64,000 nucleotides of DNA from Verrucomicrobiota bacterium. GTDB lineage: Bacteria; Verrucomicrobiota; Verrucomicrobiia; Limisphaerales; JAIPKD01. The stretch is taken from the NCBI GenBank assembly GCA_021733835.1, contig JAIPKD010000003.1, positions 4,902 through 68,901 on the forward strand, in the 5' to 3' direction. The notes below the pieces were generated by a model. That model was not told where the DNA came from and searched no databases. It worked only from the letters and a program-made list of their open reading frames with translations. This document shows, piece after piece, positions 27,790 to 38,367 of this stretch. Each line of letters begins with the position of its first letter. Position 1 is the stretch's first letter. The position numbers and the translations under genes are program-made.

Positions 27790-29736
27790 TTATTCCCCGG
27801 ACACCCTGAAAAAGCCTTGCATTGCGTCACCGCTTTCCGTTGTAAACCTGTAACTGGAGTCCGGGCTCAACACCTCGAGCTGAGCGCCTTCGTCGTCTTG
27901 CCAGGTACCCGTCACAGAATCCCTTCGTTGCAGTGAGAAACTCGTGAGTCCGTCTTCCAACAGCTCGAAATCGATCTCCAGCTGCCCCGCCGGGGTCATG
28001 GACACGCGTGTTATTTCGATGAGTACGCCTTGCGCGGTCACAACTCGATCCGGCGCAAAATCCAGCCATACTCCCGAGACTTGAGCGGCGGCCCTCATTG
28101 AATAGCGCCCCGGTTCTTGGGGGTTAAACATGAAGCCGGTGCCCTCGTCTATCGTTTGCGCCGAGTCTTCGGTTACTTTATCGGCGTTGACCAGTTTGAT
28201 GTTATCCAGATACCAACCCACACCCCGGAAAGTATCACCGTAATAATTGCCCTGGTTGACCACCTGGTATCGGAATCTCAACTGGATATACTTGCCTGCG
28301 TAGTCTTCCAACGAAATCGTTCTTTTGTGAAAACTCGAATCACCACTGCCCTGGGTTCCCGCTCTGCTCCAAACATCCAGCCATTGTCCGCCATCGACTG
28401 AAACTTCCACAACCGCAACTTCAGAGGTCGTCGCATAGCCGAGGTAGTCATAAAACTCAAGGGCACCCTGTTCGCCGGGTCTCAAGACAGTCGATAGGGT
28501 CAGCGCCTGGTCTTCCGGATGATCCTTCGGATGCGCAAGGTGAAACGATTTACTGCCCGCGTACGCGACGTCGCTCGTTGTCGCCGGATAACCTTCAGAG
28601 ATGTCGACCACCCATTCCTCGATCGCGCCCTCCGCGTTGTGAACGGTCTCGTATGATGTCAAGAGCGAGGTTTTTACCTTATACGCGGAATACCCTGGTA
28701 CGTCGGTTATGGAATATGGATTGTCCATCCCCACGTCCGGCGTAGCGGAGCCCAGGATTTGTGGCGATTGATAATCGAGCGCCAAGTCAATCTTTTCATT
28801 GAGATTACTCTCGACGGCGAAGGGTTTGGTAACCGTTGGTAATCCGGCATGCGAAAATTCGACTACGTTCGTCGTATCGCCTTCAAGCGGGATGGTGTAC
28901 CCGCCTGAATCGGTCGTTATCGCGTAATAATCCGAACCTGGAACGTCCACCCTAATGCCGCCTATACCCTCACCGGGGTCATAAAAACCGTTGGTATTGA
29001 AATCGAAATAGGCGACACCGGTTAAAAGCGGCTTGTCGGCCTGCTGCGTCGCGAAATCCTGAACGACCACCTGCGGGCCGATGGACTCGACCTGGCCTTG
29101 GTCGTTTGTCCGCGTCATTTCACCTTCAATGATTCCAATCCCAATTTCACGAAATCCGCTATAGTGAATATTATTTCTGTGCGACGGCGGAACAAGCATA
29201 CCGCCTTCGGCGTTTTCGCCCGCGCCCCAGCTCACTTCGAATGTGGCGAACCCGTGCTCGGTACCGTAGGCATAGGAGTACGTGTTCTCCACCGCCATGT
29301 AAACTGAGTATCCTTGATCCTGCACCCTTTCGACTTGGGTAGAACCATCGCTACCGGTCGTGCCGCGCATATAGTTTGTGTACAAGTCCTCACAATGCGC
29401 GTTGGCCGAACTCATGAGTTTGTTATTAAACGCCAGCGGCTGCATCGATGGAAGCTGTTCCATCTGCTGCATGAAGAGATTCGTATCCACATTGAAATAA
29501 TTGAGGAAGTATTGAACGTAATAATTTGTGGAATTAATGATCGCCTCACCGCTCTCGACGGGATTCATCCGCGCCCTGTTGACTAATTCCAGGCAGTATT
29601 GCTCCTGAGCCGATGGACTGCCGATGGAATATAAGTCACCCTCCTCGGCGGCGCCTAATGAATTAACGCACATACTCGGGCCGGTAAGCAAAAAGACTAC
29701 CACCGCGGCGATGCTTATGCGTGTAAGTTGTCTCAT
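27790..29736 (-). CDS. secreted CAP/SCP-domain protein with Ig-like/carboxypeptidase-regulatory-like and beta-sandwich modules
   Basis: A signal peptide is followed by EQYCLELVNRARMNP, the start of a CAP/YkwD-type domain, and then GGIRVDVPGSDYYAITTDSGGYTIPLE, which looks like a CarboxypepD_reg module. The C-terminus ends ..GFFRVSGE. Confidence 0.5.
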   Translation of the reverse strand: MRQLTRISIAAVVVFLLTGPSMCVNSLGAAEEGDLYSIGSPSAQEQYCLELVNRARMNPVESGEAIINSTNYYVQYFLNYFNVDTNLFMQQMEQLPSMQPLAFNNKLMSSANAHCEDLYTNYMRGTTGSDGSTQVERVQDQGYSVYMAVENTYSYAYGTEHGFATFEVSWGAGENAEGGMLVPPSHRNNIHYSGFREIGIGIIEGEMTRTNDQGQVESIGPQVVVQDFATQQADKPLLTGVAYFDFNTNGFYDPGEGIGGIRVDVPGSDYYAITTDSGGYTIPLEGDTTNVVEFSHAGLPTVTKPFAVESNLNEKIDLALDYQSPQILGSATPDVGMDNPYSITDVPGYSAYKVKTSLLTSYETVHNAEGAIEEWVVDISEGYPATTSDVAYAGSKSFHLAHPKDHPEDQALTLSTVLRPGEQGALEFYDYLGYATTSEVAVVEVSVDGGQWLDVWSRAGTQGSGDSSFHKRTISLEDYAGKYIQLRFRYQVVNQGNYYGDTFRGVGWYLDNIKLVNADKVTEDSAQTIDEGTGFMFNPQEPGRYSMRAAAQVSGVWLDFAPDRVVTAQGVLIEITRVSMTPAGQLEIDFELLEDGLTSFSLQRRDSVTGTWQDDEGAQLEVLSPDSSYRFTTESGDAMQGFFRVSGE

Positions 29737-29961
29737 AAATTCACCTCAATAATTTCTAGATTCAGTCGGATTCACAAGCTGTATTCACCCGAACTCAGCG
29801 CTGATTTTATACCTGCAAACAGGGATACAAACGGACTTTCCTTCCGTCTCCGTGTTTGAACTCCGATTATCAACGATCCTTGCTTACCATAATTTCAAAC
29901 AGACTGCAATCAAACATCTTTTCAAAATAGTGATTCTAGTTTTGAATGCCGCATTTTTCGG

Positions 29962-31530
29962 TCAACCGCCGAACAGCTTGGACACCATACGCTTGGCCAA
30001 CCCCAGAAACTCGCGCGGCTGCGAGAGTCCGAGCGCCAGCCCGGAGATAAAATATACGACACCGCCGATCGCGGCAGGCACAAACACCCCGCATATTTGC
30101 AACATCAACGTTGCGTGACCATAATTCGATTCCCACACCCGTCCCGCGATCCATGCAACTTCACCACCTAAAATACATGCAAGCCCCAGCCAGACCATGT
30201 TCTTTGTGAACCCTTCGAAACTCAACCGCTTCAGTTTCTTCTTCATCGCATATATCAGGAGCGCGACATTTAAGAACGACGTGATCGAATTCGCCACCCC
30301 GAGTCCCGCTTGTTTGAACGGGAAGATCAGCCAAATAGAAAAAACCAGGTTCATCAACAGGCAAACAACGCTTATCTTCATGGGCGTCGCGGTATCGCCC
30401 AACGCATAAAACGCGCGCGCAAAAATATTTACCCACGAATACGCCACCAACGCCGGCGCCAGACAAGCCAGCGCCAGAGAAACCCGCTCTGTGGCTGCCG
30501 GACTGAATTCGCCGCGCTCAAACAACAACCGGACAATCGCCGTGGCCAACACGAAAAACAGGGCCGCCGCAATCCCATTGAGGAAGAAGACATGGCCGAG
30601 CCCCTCTTTCAGCGTCGATCTGAATTCGGCATACTCCTTCCTCGCGGCAAGCCCGGAGAGGGTCGGCAATAGAAAGGTCGCCAGCGATATGGCGAATACT
30701 CCCTGCGGCAATTCCATGAGCCTGACTGCGTAATTAAACGCCGCCACTATGGTCGGAGAAAACCAAAACGCCACCGCCTGGATCACCAGCACGTTCAATT
30801 GAAAGGCGGCAATACCTACAGTGCCGGGCACCATACGCTTTGCGACCAGCTTGACAACGTCGTTCTTAAACGGATTAACCCAAGAATACCGGAAGCCGTC
30901 CTTGTACAACACAGGCAACTGAAAACCGGATTGCACGAGTCCGGCCGCCAACACACCATAGGCCAGCGCGTATATCCTTTCATCGAGCGACTCACCAAAC
31001 CGCGGCGCGATAAAAAGCACGGTGCCGATCATCACTACGTTAAGCAGTGTCGCGCCCATTGCAGGCAGGAAAAAACGCCCGCGCGCATTCAGCATCCCCA
31101 TGAACAACGCCGCCAGGCATACCAGCAGCATATAAGGAAACATCAACCGCAACAACTCAAGCATCAACCGCGTGTCCCGCGACTCGACGCCCAGCGCCAG
31201 GGCGACGCTTATGCCGATGACGACAAGGGCGACAAGCGCCGCGGCTGAGACTACAAGCCCCGAAATCACGGCGTTGGCCGTATGCCACATCCCGGCTTCC
31301 CCAAATTGCGCCTCTTTCTCTTTGAATATCGGGATGAACGCGGCGGTCAGCGCGCCCTCGCCCAGGAGCCGACGAAATAGGTTCGGGATCATGAACGCCA
31401 ATATAAACGCGCCCGCCACCCAGCTGTCTCCCATAAACCGTGCGTACACCACCTCGCGCAGCATTCCCAGGACACGGCTGAGCATCGTCGCCACACTCAT
31501 CGCCCCCGAGGATTTCAGCATCTTCGACAT
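29962..31530 (-). CDS. murJ: lipid II flippase MurJ
   Basis: The N-terminus SVATMLSRVLGMLREVVYARFMG..AFILAFMIPNLFRRLLGEGAL is typical of MurJ/MviN. The protein is 522 aa with about 14 TM helices. Confidence 0.85.
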   Translation of the reverse strand: MSKMLKSSGAMSVATMLSRVLGMLREVVYARFMGDSWVAGAFILAFMIPNLFRRLLGEGALTAAFIPIFKEKEAQFGEAGMWHTANAVISGLVVSAAALVALVVIGISVALALGVESRDTRLMLELLRLMFPYMLLVCLAALFMGMLNARGRFFLPAMGATLLNVVMIGTVLFIAPRFGESLDERIYALAYGVLAAGLVQSGFQLPVLYKDGFRYSWVNPFKNDVVKLVAKRMVPGTVGIAAFQLNVLVIQAVAFWFSPTIVAAFNYAVRLMELPQGVFAISLATFLLPTLSGLAARKEYAEFRSTLKEGLGHVFFLNGIAAALFFVLATAIVRLLFERGEFSPAATERVSLALACLAPALVAYSWVNIFARAFYALGDTATPMKISVVCLLMNLVFSIWLIFPFKQAGLGVANSITSFLNVALLIYAMKKKLKRLSFEGFTKNMVWLGLACILGGEVAWIAGRVWESNYGHATLMLQICGVFVPAAIGGVVYFISGLALGLSQPREFLGLAKRMVSKLFGG

Positions 31531-31594
31531 AAGATTCCGTTCGCACCGCCGCCATCATGCGGCGCTGTTACACTCCCCAAAAAAACAGCCGTTA

Positions 31595-33277
31595 CTACCG
31601 CTTCCCGGCCAGCTTCGCCCACCTGTCCTTCAATGAAACAATCCGGTTGAAGACCGGGCGGCCCGGCGAGGAATCAACGGCGTCCACACAAAAATACCCC
31701 ACCCTCTCGAACTGCACACGCTCGCCTGCAGCCGCTCCGGAAAGAGCGGGCTCTAGCTTGCATGTCTCCAAAACCTCGAGCGATTCGGGATTGAGAAATT
31801 CCTTCCAGTCCCCCTCAGTATCGGTCGGGTCCTCCACCGTAAACAGCCGGTCATACAACCGCACTTGTGTATCAAACGCATGCGCCGCCGAAACCCAGTG
31901 GATGGTGCCCTTAACCTTACGGGCCGCACCGGCGCCGCCGCTCCTGGTTTCGGGATCATACGTGCATCTCACCTCTATGACCCTGCCCGATTCGTCCTTG
32001 ACCACATCGGTGCACTTGACGATATACGCGTACTTGAGCCTGACTTCATTACCGGGATAGAGTCGGTGAAATTTCTTGGGCGGTTCCTCCATAAAATCGT
32101 CCTGTTCGATATACAACACCCTGGAAAAAGGCACTCGCCGCGTCCCCGCTTCCGGCGCCTCCGGATTATTGACCGCCTCGACCTCCTCGGTTGCGTCCTC
32201 GGGATAATTAGTTATAACAAGCCTCAACGGATTCAACACCGCCATCCGCCGCTCGGCGGACTTATTCAAATCCTCCCTGGCACTGTGCTCGAGCAACGCC
32301 ACGTCCGTCATCCCGTCGTACTTGGTCACCCCTATCCTTGAGCAGAAGTTCCTGATCGACGCCGGAGTAAACCCACGCCGTCGCATACCGGCCAGCGTCG
32401 GCATCCGCGGATCGTCCCAACCCGCGACCACGCCGCCGTTCACCAGCTCCAGCAACTTACGCTTGCTCATCACGGTATAGCTCAGATTCAGGCGCGCGAA
32501 TTCGATCTGGCGCGGATGACACGGCACATCGAGCTGGGCCAGTATCCACTCGTATAGCGGTCTGTGCACCTCGAATTCCAATGTACAAATCGAATGTGTT
32601 ATCCCCTCGACGGCGTCGGATAAACAATGCGCAAAATCATACATCGGATACACCTTCCACTTGTCCGCCGTCCGATGATGCGAAACCTTCAGGATGCGAT
32701 ATATAACGGGATCACGCATATGTATATTCGACGAAGCCATGTCTATCTTCGCGCGCAATACGCGCTCGCCTTCGTCGAACTCGCCGCGCCGCATGCGCTC
32801 GAAAAGCGCCAGGTTCTCTTCAATCGAACGATCCCGGTACGGACTCTCCCTGCCCGGCGCCGGCGGCGAGCCGCGGTACTCCCTGATCTGGTCGGAACTC
32901 AGATCACAAACAAACGCCTTCCCCTTCTTTATCAATTCAACCGCGAACTCATATAGTTTATCGAAGTAATCCGAGGCGAAGAATAAATTCCCCTGCCAGT
33001 CGAATCCCAGCCATTTCACATCCTCCCGGATAGACTCCACATATCGCTCCTCCTCGGCGCATGGATTCGTATCATCAAACCGCAAATGACATATCCCGCC
33101 TTGATACTCGGATGCTACACCGAAATTCAAGCATATCGATTTCGCATGACCGATGTGAAGATACCCGTTCGGTTCCGGCGGGAATCGTGTCACCACCTTC
33201 CCTTCGTTCTTGCCCGCCTTGACATCTTCATCAACGATTTCCCTTATAAAATCTGACGGTAAGTCGGTGTTTCTCAT
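31595..33277 (-). CDS. glnS: glutamine--tRNA ligase
   Basis: A class I HIGH motif ([14 protein letters not shown]), a KMSKS-type VMSKRKL, and GlnRS-typical segments ([17 protein letters not shown]). Confidence 0.93.
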   Translation of the reverse strand: MRNTDLPSDFIREIVDEDVKAGKNEGKVVTRFPPEPNGYLHIGHAKSICLNFGVASEYQGGICHLRFDDTNPCAEEERYVESIREDVKWLGFDWQGNLFFASDYFDKLYEFAVELIKKGKAFVCDLSSDQIREYRGSPPAPGRESPYRDRSIEENLALFERMRRGEFDEGERVLRAKIDMASSNIHMRDPVIYRILKVSHHRTADKWKVYPMYDFAHCLSDAVEGITHSICTLEFEVHRPLYEWILAQLDVPCHPRQIEFARLNLSYTVMSKRKLLELVNGGVVAGWDDPRMPTLAGMRRRGFTPASIRNFCSRIGVTKYDGMTDVALLEHSAREDLNKSAERRMAVLNPLRLVITNYPEDATEEVEAVNNPEAPEAGTRRVPFSRVLYIEQDDFMEEPPKKFHRLYPGNEVRLKYAYIVKCTDVVKDESGRVIEVRCTYDPETRSGGAGAARKVKGTIHWVSAAHAFDTQVRLYDRLFTVEDPTDTEGDWKEFLNPESLEVLETCKLEPALSGAAAGERVQFERVGYFCVDAVDSSPGRPVFNRIVSLKDRWAKLAGKR

Positions 33278-33511
33278 ATTCTTAAAATCATTGAATTCCC
33301 GTTATCTCTGCTCTCCTCAAATGTTACCTGCGCACCTGTTGATTATGTGCTCGAAAACGCGTGTTCAACTCCGTGAACGCAAGGAGAATAAGAAATGTAA
33401 CACGTCGCTTCAATAAGTGAATTAAGTATTTGAAATCGGATTTTCGTGCTTGGGATTTCGAATTTATTAATCCGGACGTGTACGTGAACGTGAACGAATA
33501 CGGGTGGGGAT

Positions 33512-33556
33512 GCGGAGCGCGGCTGTGTCCGAAGGATCAGCCGCAGCAGCTTCGAA
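33512..33556. repeat. palindromic element family, half copy (left arm only)
   Basis: gcggagcgcggctgtgtccgaaggatcagccgcagcagc is identical to the core of the copy at 46929-46967. I found no matching right arm. Confidence 0.6.
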
Positions 33557-33772
33557 CGGCACGGCTCCACCCGATTATCCACCGTCTTCGCCTTACTGAA
33601 TCCCGTTAGGGATGAAATGTCTATAGCAAAAAGCCCGATGATATTGCCGGTGGAAAATGAGATTGAATTTCGGAAGCAATTGGTGGAGTATGAAAAAGAG
33701 AAAACTATGCCATACGTAACGAGTATTGAAGGTATATTGTAATAATCGATATGGATTAGAGCAATTAAACTG

Positions 33773-33973
33773 ATGCCACCGAAGCTCCGACAATTGGTGT
33801 CCGATTTAGAGCGTGCTGGATTTGTTCAGACGTCCGGGGGTAAGGGGTCGCATCGGAAGTTTCGTCATCCACGGTTTAGTGGCGCTGTGCATTTAAGCGG
33901 TAAGGATGGCGATGACGCGCTCTGGTATCAGGAGAAGCAGGTGCGGAATGCGATTCGAGAGGTGCGTAAATGA
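33773..33973 (+). CDS. hicA: type II toxin-antitoxin system HicA family toxin (mRNA interferase)
   Basis: A 66-aa protein. LRQLVSDLERAGFV.....GSHRKFRHP is the HicA/YcfA signature. The ATGA overlap with the downstream hicB-like ORF fits a TA pair. Confidence 0.8.
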   Translation: MPPKLRQLVSDLERAGFVQTSGGKGSHRKFRHPRFSGAVHLSGKDGDDALWYQEKQVRNAIREVRK

Positions 33974-34206
33974 GAGCCGAAGATAGATATTTGAAGTTCG
34001 TGTTGTGGAGCGATGAGGACGAGGTCTACGTGGGCTTTTGCCCTGATCTATTTCCTTGGGGCGGGGTGTGTCATGCGAAAACCGAGGAGGAATCGTATGC
34101 AAAGCTCTGCGCGGTGGTTCGTAATGAAGTAGAGGATTTGCGCGCATCTGGAAAGGAGTTGCCTTCACCAAGCACACGGCCTATGCGTGAGACAGTGGTC
34201 ATGTAA
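33970..34206 (+). CDS. hicB: HicB family antitoxin (UPF0150-like)
   Basis: A 78-aa protein. The pattern Y.FV.W.DED..YVGFCPDL......GKTEEE....L (HicB N-terminal fold) and the 4-nt overlap with hicA support the call. Confidence 0.7.
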   Translation: MRAEDRYLKFVLWSDEDEVYVGFCPDLFPWGGVCHAKTEEESYAKLCAVVRNEVEDLRASGKELPSPSTRPMRETVVM

Positions 34207-34312
34207 ACCCGTTTCCTGACTTTAGACTTCCGACCTTAGTTTAAGCGCCGGCACATCGTTCACACACGCATTATATTGACTAAAGGGAGTGAAAATGTGA
34301 GGATGCATCAAC

Positions 34313-36346
34313 ATGCCATCCGGTGGAAGCTTGAATTCACGCGGCCTGTATAGAAGACTTAATATCTCGATTAAGTACAGCGCACTGATTCTTTATTCCT
34401 CAATAATCGCCTTCGACGCCTCTTGTAAGGGTTCGTATATATCCCACATCCGTTCGCAGACTCAAAATTCGATTTATCCAAGCCTTCAATCATCGCGGGA
34501 GTCTTCCGGACGATATCCGGTGTCATTTACCATCGGCGACATCGCCGGCGATCCGTCGAACCTTGAGAGGTTGTACTTTGGCCTTTTTCTGGCTTCCCTC
34601 ACTCTTTCGGGCGTTTTACTGATGCGATGCTCGTGTAAATCACGCGAGGCAAAGCATACAAATTTTATCAGCGATCTGTTAAATAAGGTTAGAAAATCTG
34701 TCAATAGCGCAGACTCCCCGAACACGATACTTGAAAACGTTTGCCGGACGGTCGTTGACACCGGATTCGCAAAGTCCACTTGCTTCGCTGAGCTGAACCC
34801 CGATTATACAGTCACCCGAATCATCGCCTTTTCCGATCCCGGCCGATCCGAGGAGACGATATGCAAACGAATTAACGGATTAATCTCCGAAAACCGGGCG
34901 ATATTTGAAAAAGTGAATCCCGGTAACCTCCAACCATTCCATCTCAAACCACAAAAAGAGAAGTATGCAATCGGATCGGCCGAAACATCCGGAACAAGCA
35001 CAGGCGGCATGTTTGCCGTCACGCTGGATTACAAGGAGGGCGTGAAATACATCTGGTTTTTGGAAGGAACTACACGCATGCCATCCATCGGTGAAGAGAG
35101 GATTCTAACCGAAGCCGCCACATCCATTTCATTTGCAGTCAGAAAACTCGATGAGGAGCAACGTCGCAAGGCGACTGAAGCAGCGCTTCGCGAGTCCGAA
35201 GAACGCTTCCGGAGTATATTCGAAAATGCGCTTGTAGGCATTTACCGGACAATGCCCGACGGTAAAATCATCGTGGCCAATCCCGCCATTGTTAAAATGC
35301 TCGGGTACGATTCATTCCAGGATTTAGCTAAGATCAATCTCGAACAAAGCGGCTTCGCCGACGAGAATCCGCGGGCACGCTTCAAGGAAGAACTCGAAAG
35401 CAAGGGGATACTCACGAATTACGAGTCCGCCTGGATCAGAAAGGACGGCTCAAGAATCCACGTAATCGAGAACGCGTGGGTGGTCAAAGACGCAAACGGC
35501 AAAGTTGATTTCTACGAAGGAACAGTGACCAATATAACGGATCGCGTACAGGCTGAAACCGAAGTACTGAAATTAAACAAGGAACTCGAGCGCCGCGTGA
35601 AAATGCGTACCGCCTCCCTCGAAGCGTCAAACAAGGAACTCGAGGCGTTTTCTTATTCCGTCTCACACGACCTCCGGGCGCCGTTGCGCCATATCAGCGG
35701 ATTCGCAGAACTATTACTTGAAAACGAGTCCGAGAAACTGAGTTCGCAAGGACGCAGGCATCTTCAGCTCATAATCAACTCATCCAAGAATTTGCGGAAC
35801 CTGATAGACGACCTCCTCCACTTCTCACGGATCAGCAGGAAACGGCCAAGCTTCGGCTTTGTAGATATGAATAAGCTGGTTGCATCGGTAAGCCAGGAAT
35901 TCGAACCCGAATTACAAGGACGCAGTTTAACGTGGAAGATCGACCGCTTGCCCTCGGTTTGGGGCGATGCAGGCCTCCTCCGTTCTGTATTATCCAACCT
36001 GGTCTCGAACGCCGTTAAATTCACCAAATTCCAAATCGCCCCGGAGATAGCAATAGGCGTGGAATACGACACCCCGGCCGAGGTTTGCTTCTTCGCTAAA
36101 GACAACGGCGCTGGGTTCGATATGACTTATACCAACAGGCTGTTCGGCGTGTTCCAGCGATTACACCACGCCGACGAATTCGAAGGAACGGGGATAGGCC
36201 TGGCCATTGCAAAACGAATCATCAACACCCACGGCGGCGACATCCGCGCCGAGTCGATGCCGGGCAAGGGCGCGACCTTTTATTTCACACTCCCGCGGCG
36301 ACCAAAACAGGTTTATGACAATAACGGCATTGAGTCCGCAGTTTGA
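34313..36346 (+). CDS. sensor histidine kinase (TM + GAF-like + PAS + HisKA + HATPase_c)
   Basis: PAS (SEERFRSIFENALVGIYRTMPDGKI), the H-box SHDLRAPLRHISGFAELL, N/G boxes (NLVSNAVKF, DNGAGFD, GTGIGLAIAKRII) and one TM helix near residue 95. The exact start is uncertain. Confidence 0.85.
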   Translation: MPSGGSLNSRGLYRRLNISIKYSALILYSSIIAFDASCKGSYISHIRSQTQNSIYPSLQSSRESSGRYPVSFTIGDIAGDPSNLERLYFGLFLASLTLSGVLLMRCSCKSREAKHTNFISDLLNKVRKSVNSADSPNTILENVCRTVVDTGFAKSTCFAELNPDYTVTRIIAFSDPGRSEETICKRINGLISENRAIFEKVNPGNLQPFHLKPQKEKYAIGSAETSGTSTGGMFAVTLDYKEGVKYIWFLEGTTRMPSIGEERILTEAATSISFAVRKLDEEQRRKATEAALRESEERFRSIFENALVGIYRTMPDGKIIVANPAIVKMLGYDSFQDLAKINLEQSGFADENPRARFKEELESKGILTNYESAWIRKDGSRIHVIENAWVVKDANGKVDFYEGTVTNITDRVQAETEVLKLNKELERRVKMRTASLEASNKELEAFSYSVSHDLRAPLRHISGFAELLLENESEKLSSQGRRHLQLIINSSKNLRNLIDDLLHFSRISRKRPSFGFVDMNKLVASVSQEFEPELQGRSLTWKIDRLPSVWGDAGLLRSVLSNLVSNAVKFTKFQIAPEIAIGVEYDTPAEVCFFAKDNGAGFDMTYTNRLFGVFQRLHHADEFEGTGIGLAIAKRIINTHGGDIRAESMPGKGATFYFTLPRRPKQVYDNNGIESAV

Positions 36347-36445
36347 CACCGAACCCCGTCATAAAAAGTACATTGAAAAAAACCGCTGAATCGTGGACGT
36401 TAAAAGTTGTGATTTGGCGCTAACACTCCATCATTTGATATAGCT

Positions 36446-36871
36446 ATGCCGCTCCTAAAAGAAATCCTGTTGGTGGAAGACGACGAAAGAGACGCGGAGC
36501 TCGCCGTTCTTGCCCTTGAAAAGTACAACCTCGCAAACCGGATCATCATCGCCCGCGACGGCGAAGAGGCCTTCGGTTATTTATCGCAGATTGGGAATCC
36601 CGAAGGAAACCCGCAATCAAACCCCGCGGTCGTACTCCTTGACATCAAGCTCCCGGGCATGAGCGGACTAGACATCCTCAAGTACATGAAGGAGAATCCC
36701 GCCCTTAAAGACATTCCGGTGGTAATGCTCTCGGCCTCACGCGAGGAACCCGACCTCGACCAAAGCTACTCACTCGGCGCCCATGCGTACGTAGTAAAAC
36801 CGCTGGACTTCCATGAGTTAATTGAAGCAACAAAGAAGGCGGGAATCAAGTGGGGGCTCTTGAACGAATAA
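36446..36871 (+). CDS. single-domain response regulator (CheY-like receiver)
   Basis: LLVEDDERDAEL, phospho-acceptor region VLLDIKLPGMSG, and VVMLSAS...AYVVKP. The protein is 141 aa with no output domain. Confidence 0.85.
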   Translation: MPLLKEILLVEDDERDAELAVLALEKYNLANRIIIARDGEEAFGYLSQIGNPEGNPQSNPAVVLLDIKLPGMSGLDILKYMKENPALKDIPVVMLSASREEPDLDQSYSLGAHAYVVKPLDFHELIEATKKAGIKWGLLNE

Positions 36872-36893
36872 CCGCCGCGCGCCCGTCATGCGG

Positions 36894-37973
36894 TTACACA
36901 GTAGCTTCGGCTATCTTTTCTTCCATATCCGCGGCCATCATCGCATCGAACAACGCGTCGAAATCGCCTTCCATCACCGCAGGAAGACTGTGAAGAGTCA
37001 ACTCTATCCTGTGATCCGTCACCCGGTTCTGCGGGAAATTATATGTACGAATCCTCTCGTTACGCTCGCCGGTTCCGACCTGCGCCTTGCGCTGCGCCGC
37101 GTACTTCGCGTTTTCCTCGGCAATCCTATGTTCCAAAAGTCTGGAACGTAGTACCAGAAGCGCCTTCGCCTTGTTCTTCAACTGCGAACGTTCATCGGAG
37201 CAACGGACAATCATCCCCGTGGGCTTGTGATGTATCTGCACCGCCGAGTCGGTGGTGTTCACTCCCTGTCCACCCGGGCCCGATGCGCGGCAGATGGATA
37301 CCTCGATCTCATCCGGCTGAATCTGCACGTCCACTTCCTGCGCCTCAGGCAAAACAGCAACGGTCACCGTGCTCGTATGAATCCGGCCTTGCGTTTCCGT
37401 AGCCGGCACGCGCTGCACCCTATGCACTCCGCTCTCGTACTTCAGTTTCTTGTATACGTCGGTGCCCGAAACACTGAAAATGATCTCCTTAAAACCGCCG
37501 AGGTCGGACGGATTCGAATTCATGGCCTCGGTTTTCCAGCCGTTGGCCTCCGCATAACGCGAATACGCGCGATAGAGGTCGGCGACAAATAGCGCCGATT
37601 CCATGCCGCCGGCGCCGGCGCGAATCTCGATGATCGTGTTCCGGGAATCCGTAGGGTCGGGCGGCACTAATCCGGTTTTCAACTGGAACTCCAAGTGTTC
37701 GAGCCGCGACTCGAGCTGCGGCAGCTCTTCTGCGGCCAACTCTCCGAGCTCGGAACCAACAGGCTCTGAATCATGCAACTCGCGGTTCGCCGCAATATCG
37801 TCCTGAACCTTTACATACTCGTCGCCGAGGCGCACCAATTCCTTAAGCCTCGCGTATTCCCTGCCGAGCTCCTGGGCTTGTTGCTGATCGTTGAAGACTT
37901 TCGGGTCGCTCAGGGAGTGTTCGACCTGCGCATAACGTTCCTTGAACCGGTCTATGTATATTCTGAAATCCAT
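36894..37973 (-). CDS. prfA: peptide chain release factor 1
   Basis: The GGQ motif (SGPGGQGVNTTDSAV) and the RF1-specific PAT tripeptide (RVPATETQGRIHTS). Confidence 0.93.
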   Translation of the reverse strand: MDFRIYIDRFKERYAQVEHSLSDPKVFNDQQQAQELGREYARLKELVRLGDEYVKVQDDIAANRELHDSEPVGSELGELAAEELPQLESRLEHLEFQLKTGLVPPDPTDSRNTIIEIRAGAGGMESALFVADLYRAYSRYAEANGWKTEAMNSNPSDLGGFKEIIFSVSGTDVYKKLKYESGVHRVQRVPATETQGRIHTSTVTVAVLPEAQEVDVQIQPDEIEVSICRASGPGGQGVNTTDSAVQIHHKPTGMIVRCSDERSQLKNKAKALLVLRSRLLEHRIAEENAKYAAQRKAQVGTGERNERIRTYNFPQNRVTDHRIELTLHSLPAVMEGDFDALFDAMMAADMEEKIAEATV

Positions 37974-38027
37974 CTAATTGATCACCACCACGCCGCATTG
38001 TGACAATATCCATGCCGGCAGTGATAA

Positions 38028-38270
38028 CTAGCGCTTCTTCTTGCGCCCGGCCGCCGCCGCACGTGCAGCCTCGGTCTTGGCCATACGCTGCTGGAATTTA
38101 TCCACGCGTCCGGCGGTATCAACGAACTTCTGCGTCCCGGTATAAAACGGATGGCATTCGTTACAAATACCAATAATCAGTCTGGAGCGCGTCGACCGCG
38201 TCTCTATGACGTTTCCGCAGGCGCATCTGATTTCCGAATCTTCGTATTTAGGATGAATATTCTCTTTCAT
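38028..38270 (-). CDS. rpmE: 50S ribosomal protein L31 (Zn-ribbon type A)
   Basis: MKENIHPKY...CACGN...[10 protein letters not shown]. There is a basic C-terminal extension ([10 protein letters not shown]). Confidence 0.9.
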   Translation of the reverse strand: MKENIHPKYEDSEIRCACGNVIETRSTRSRLIIGICNECHPFYTGTQKFVDTAGRVDKFQQRMAKTEAARAAAAGRKKKR

Positions 38271-38367
38271 AAAAAGCCATTCAATTTAACAGGCGTTCGG
38301 CGTTTGACAAGAATGAAAATTACCCGAGCACGCCCAAATCACCCGGGAATCCCAATAAAAAAACGGT

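Noticed and set aside
33292-33609. A direct repeat TGAAT(T)CCCGTTA at 33292-33305 and 33597-33609, considered as possible att-like duplication flanking an insertion.
   Set aside because: It is only about 12-13 nt with an indel. A match of this size within 300 bp is expected by chance about once in a 64-kb window. It also does not bracket the HicAB genes.
33617-33742. A 41-codon ORF upstream of hicA.
   Set aside because: I did not call it as a feature. It is too short to assess, I saw no clear RBS, and its resemblance to any known family is only a vague recollection. It is mentioned under the HicAB islet finding.
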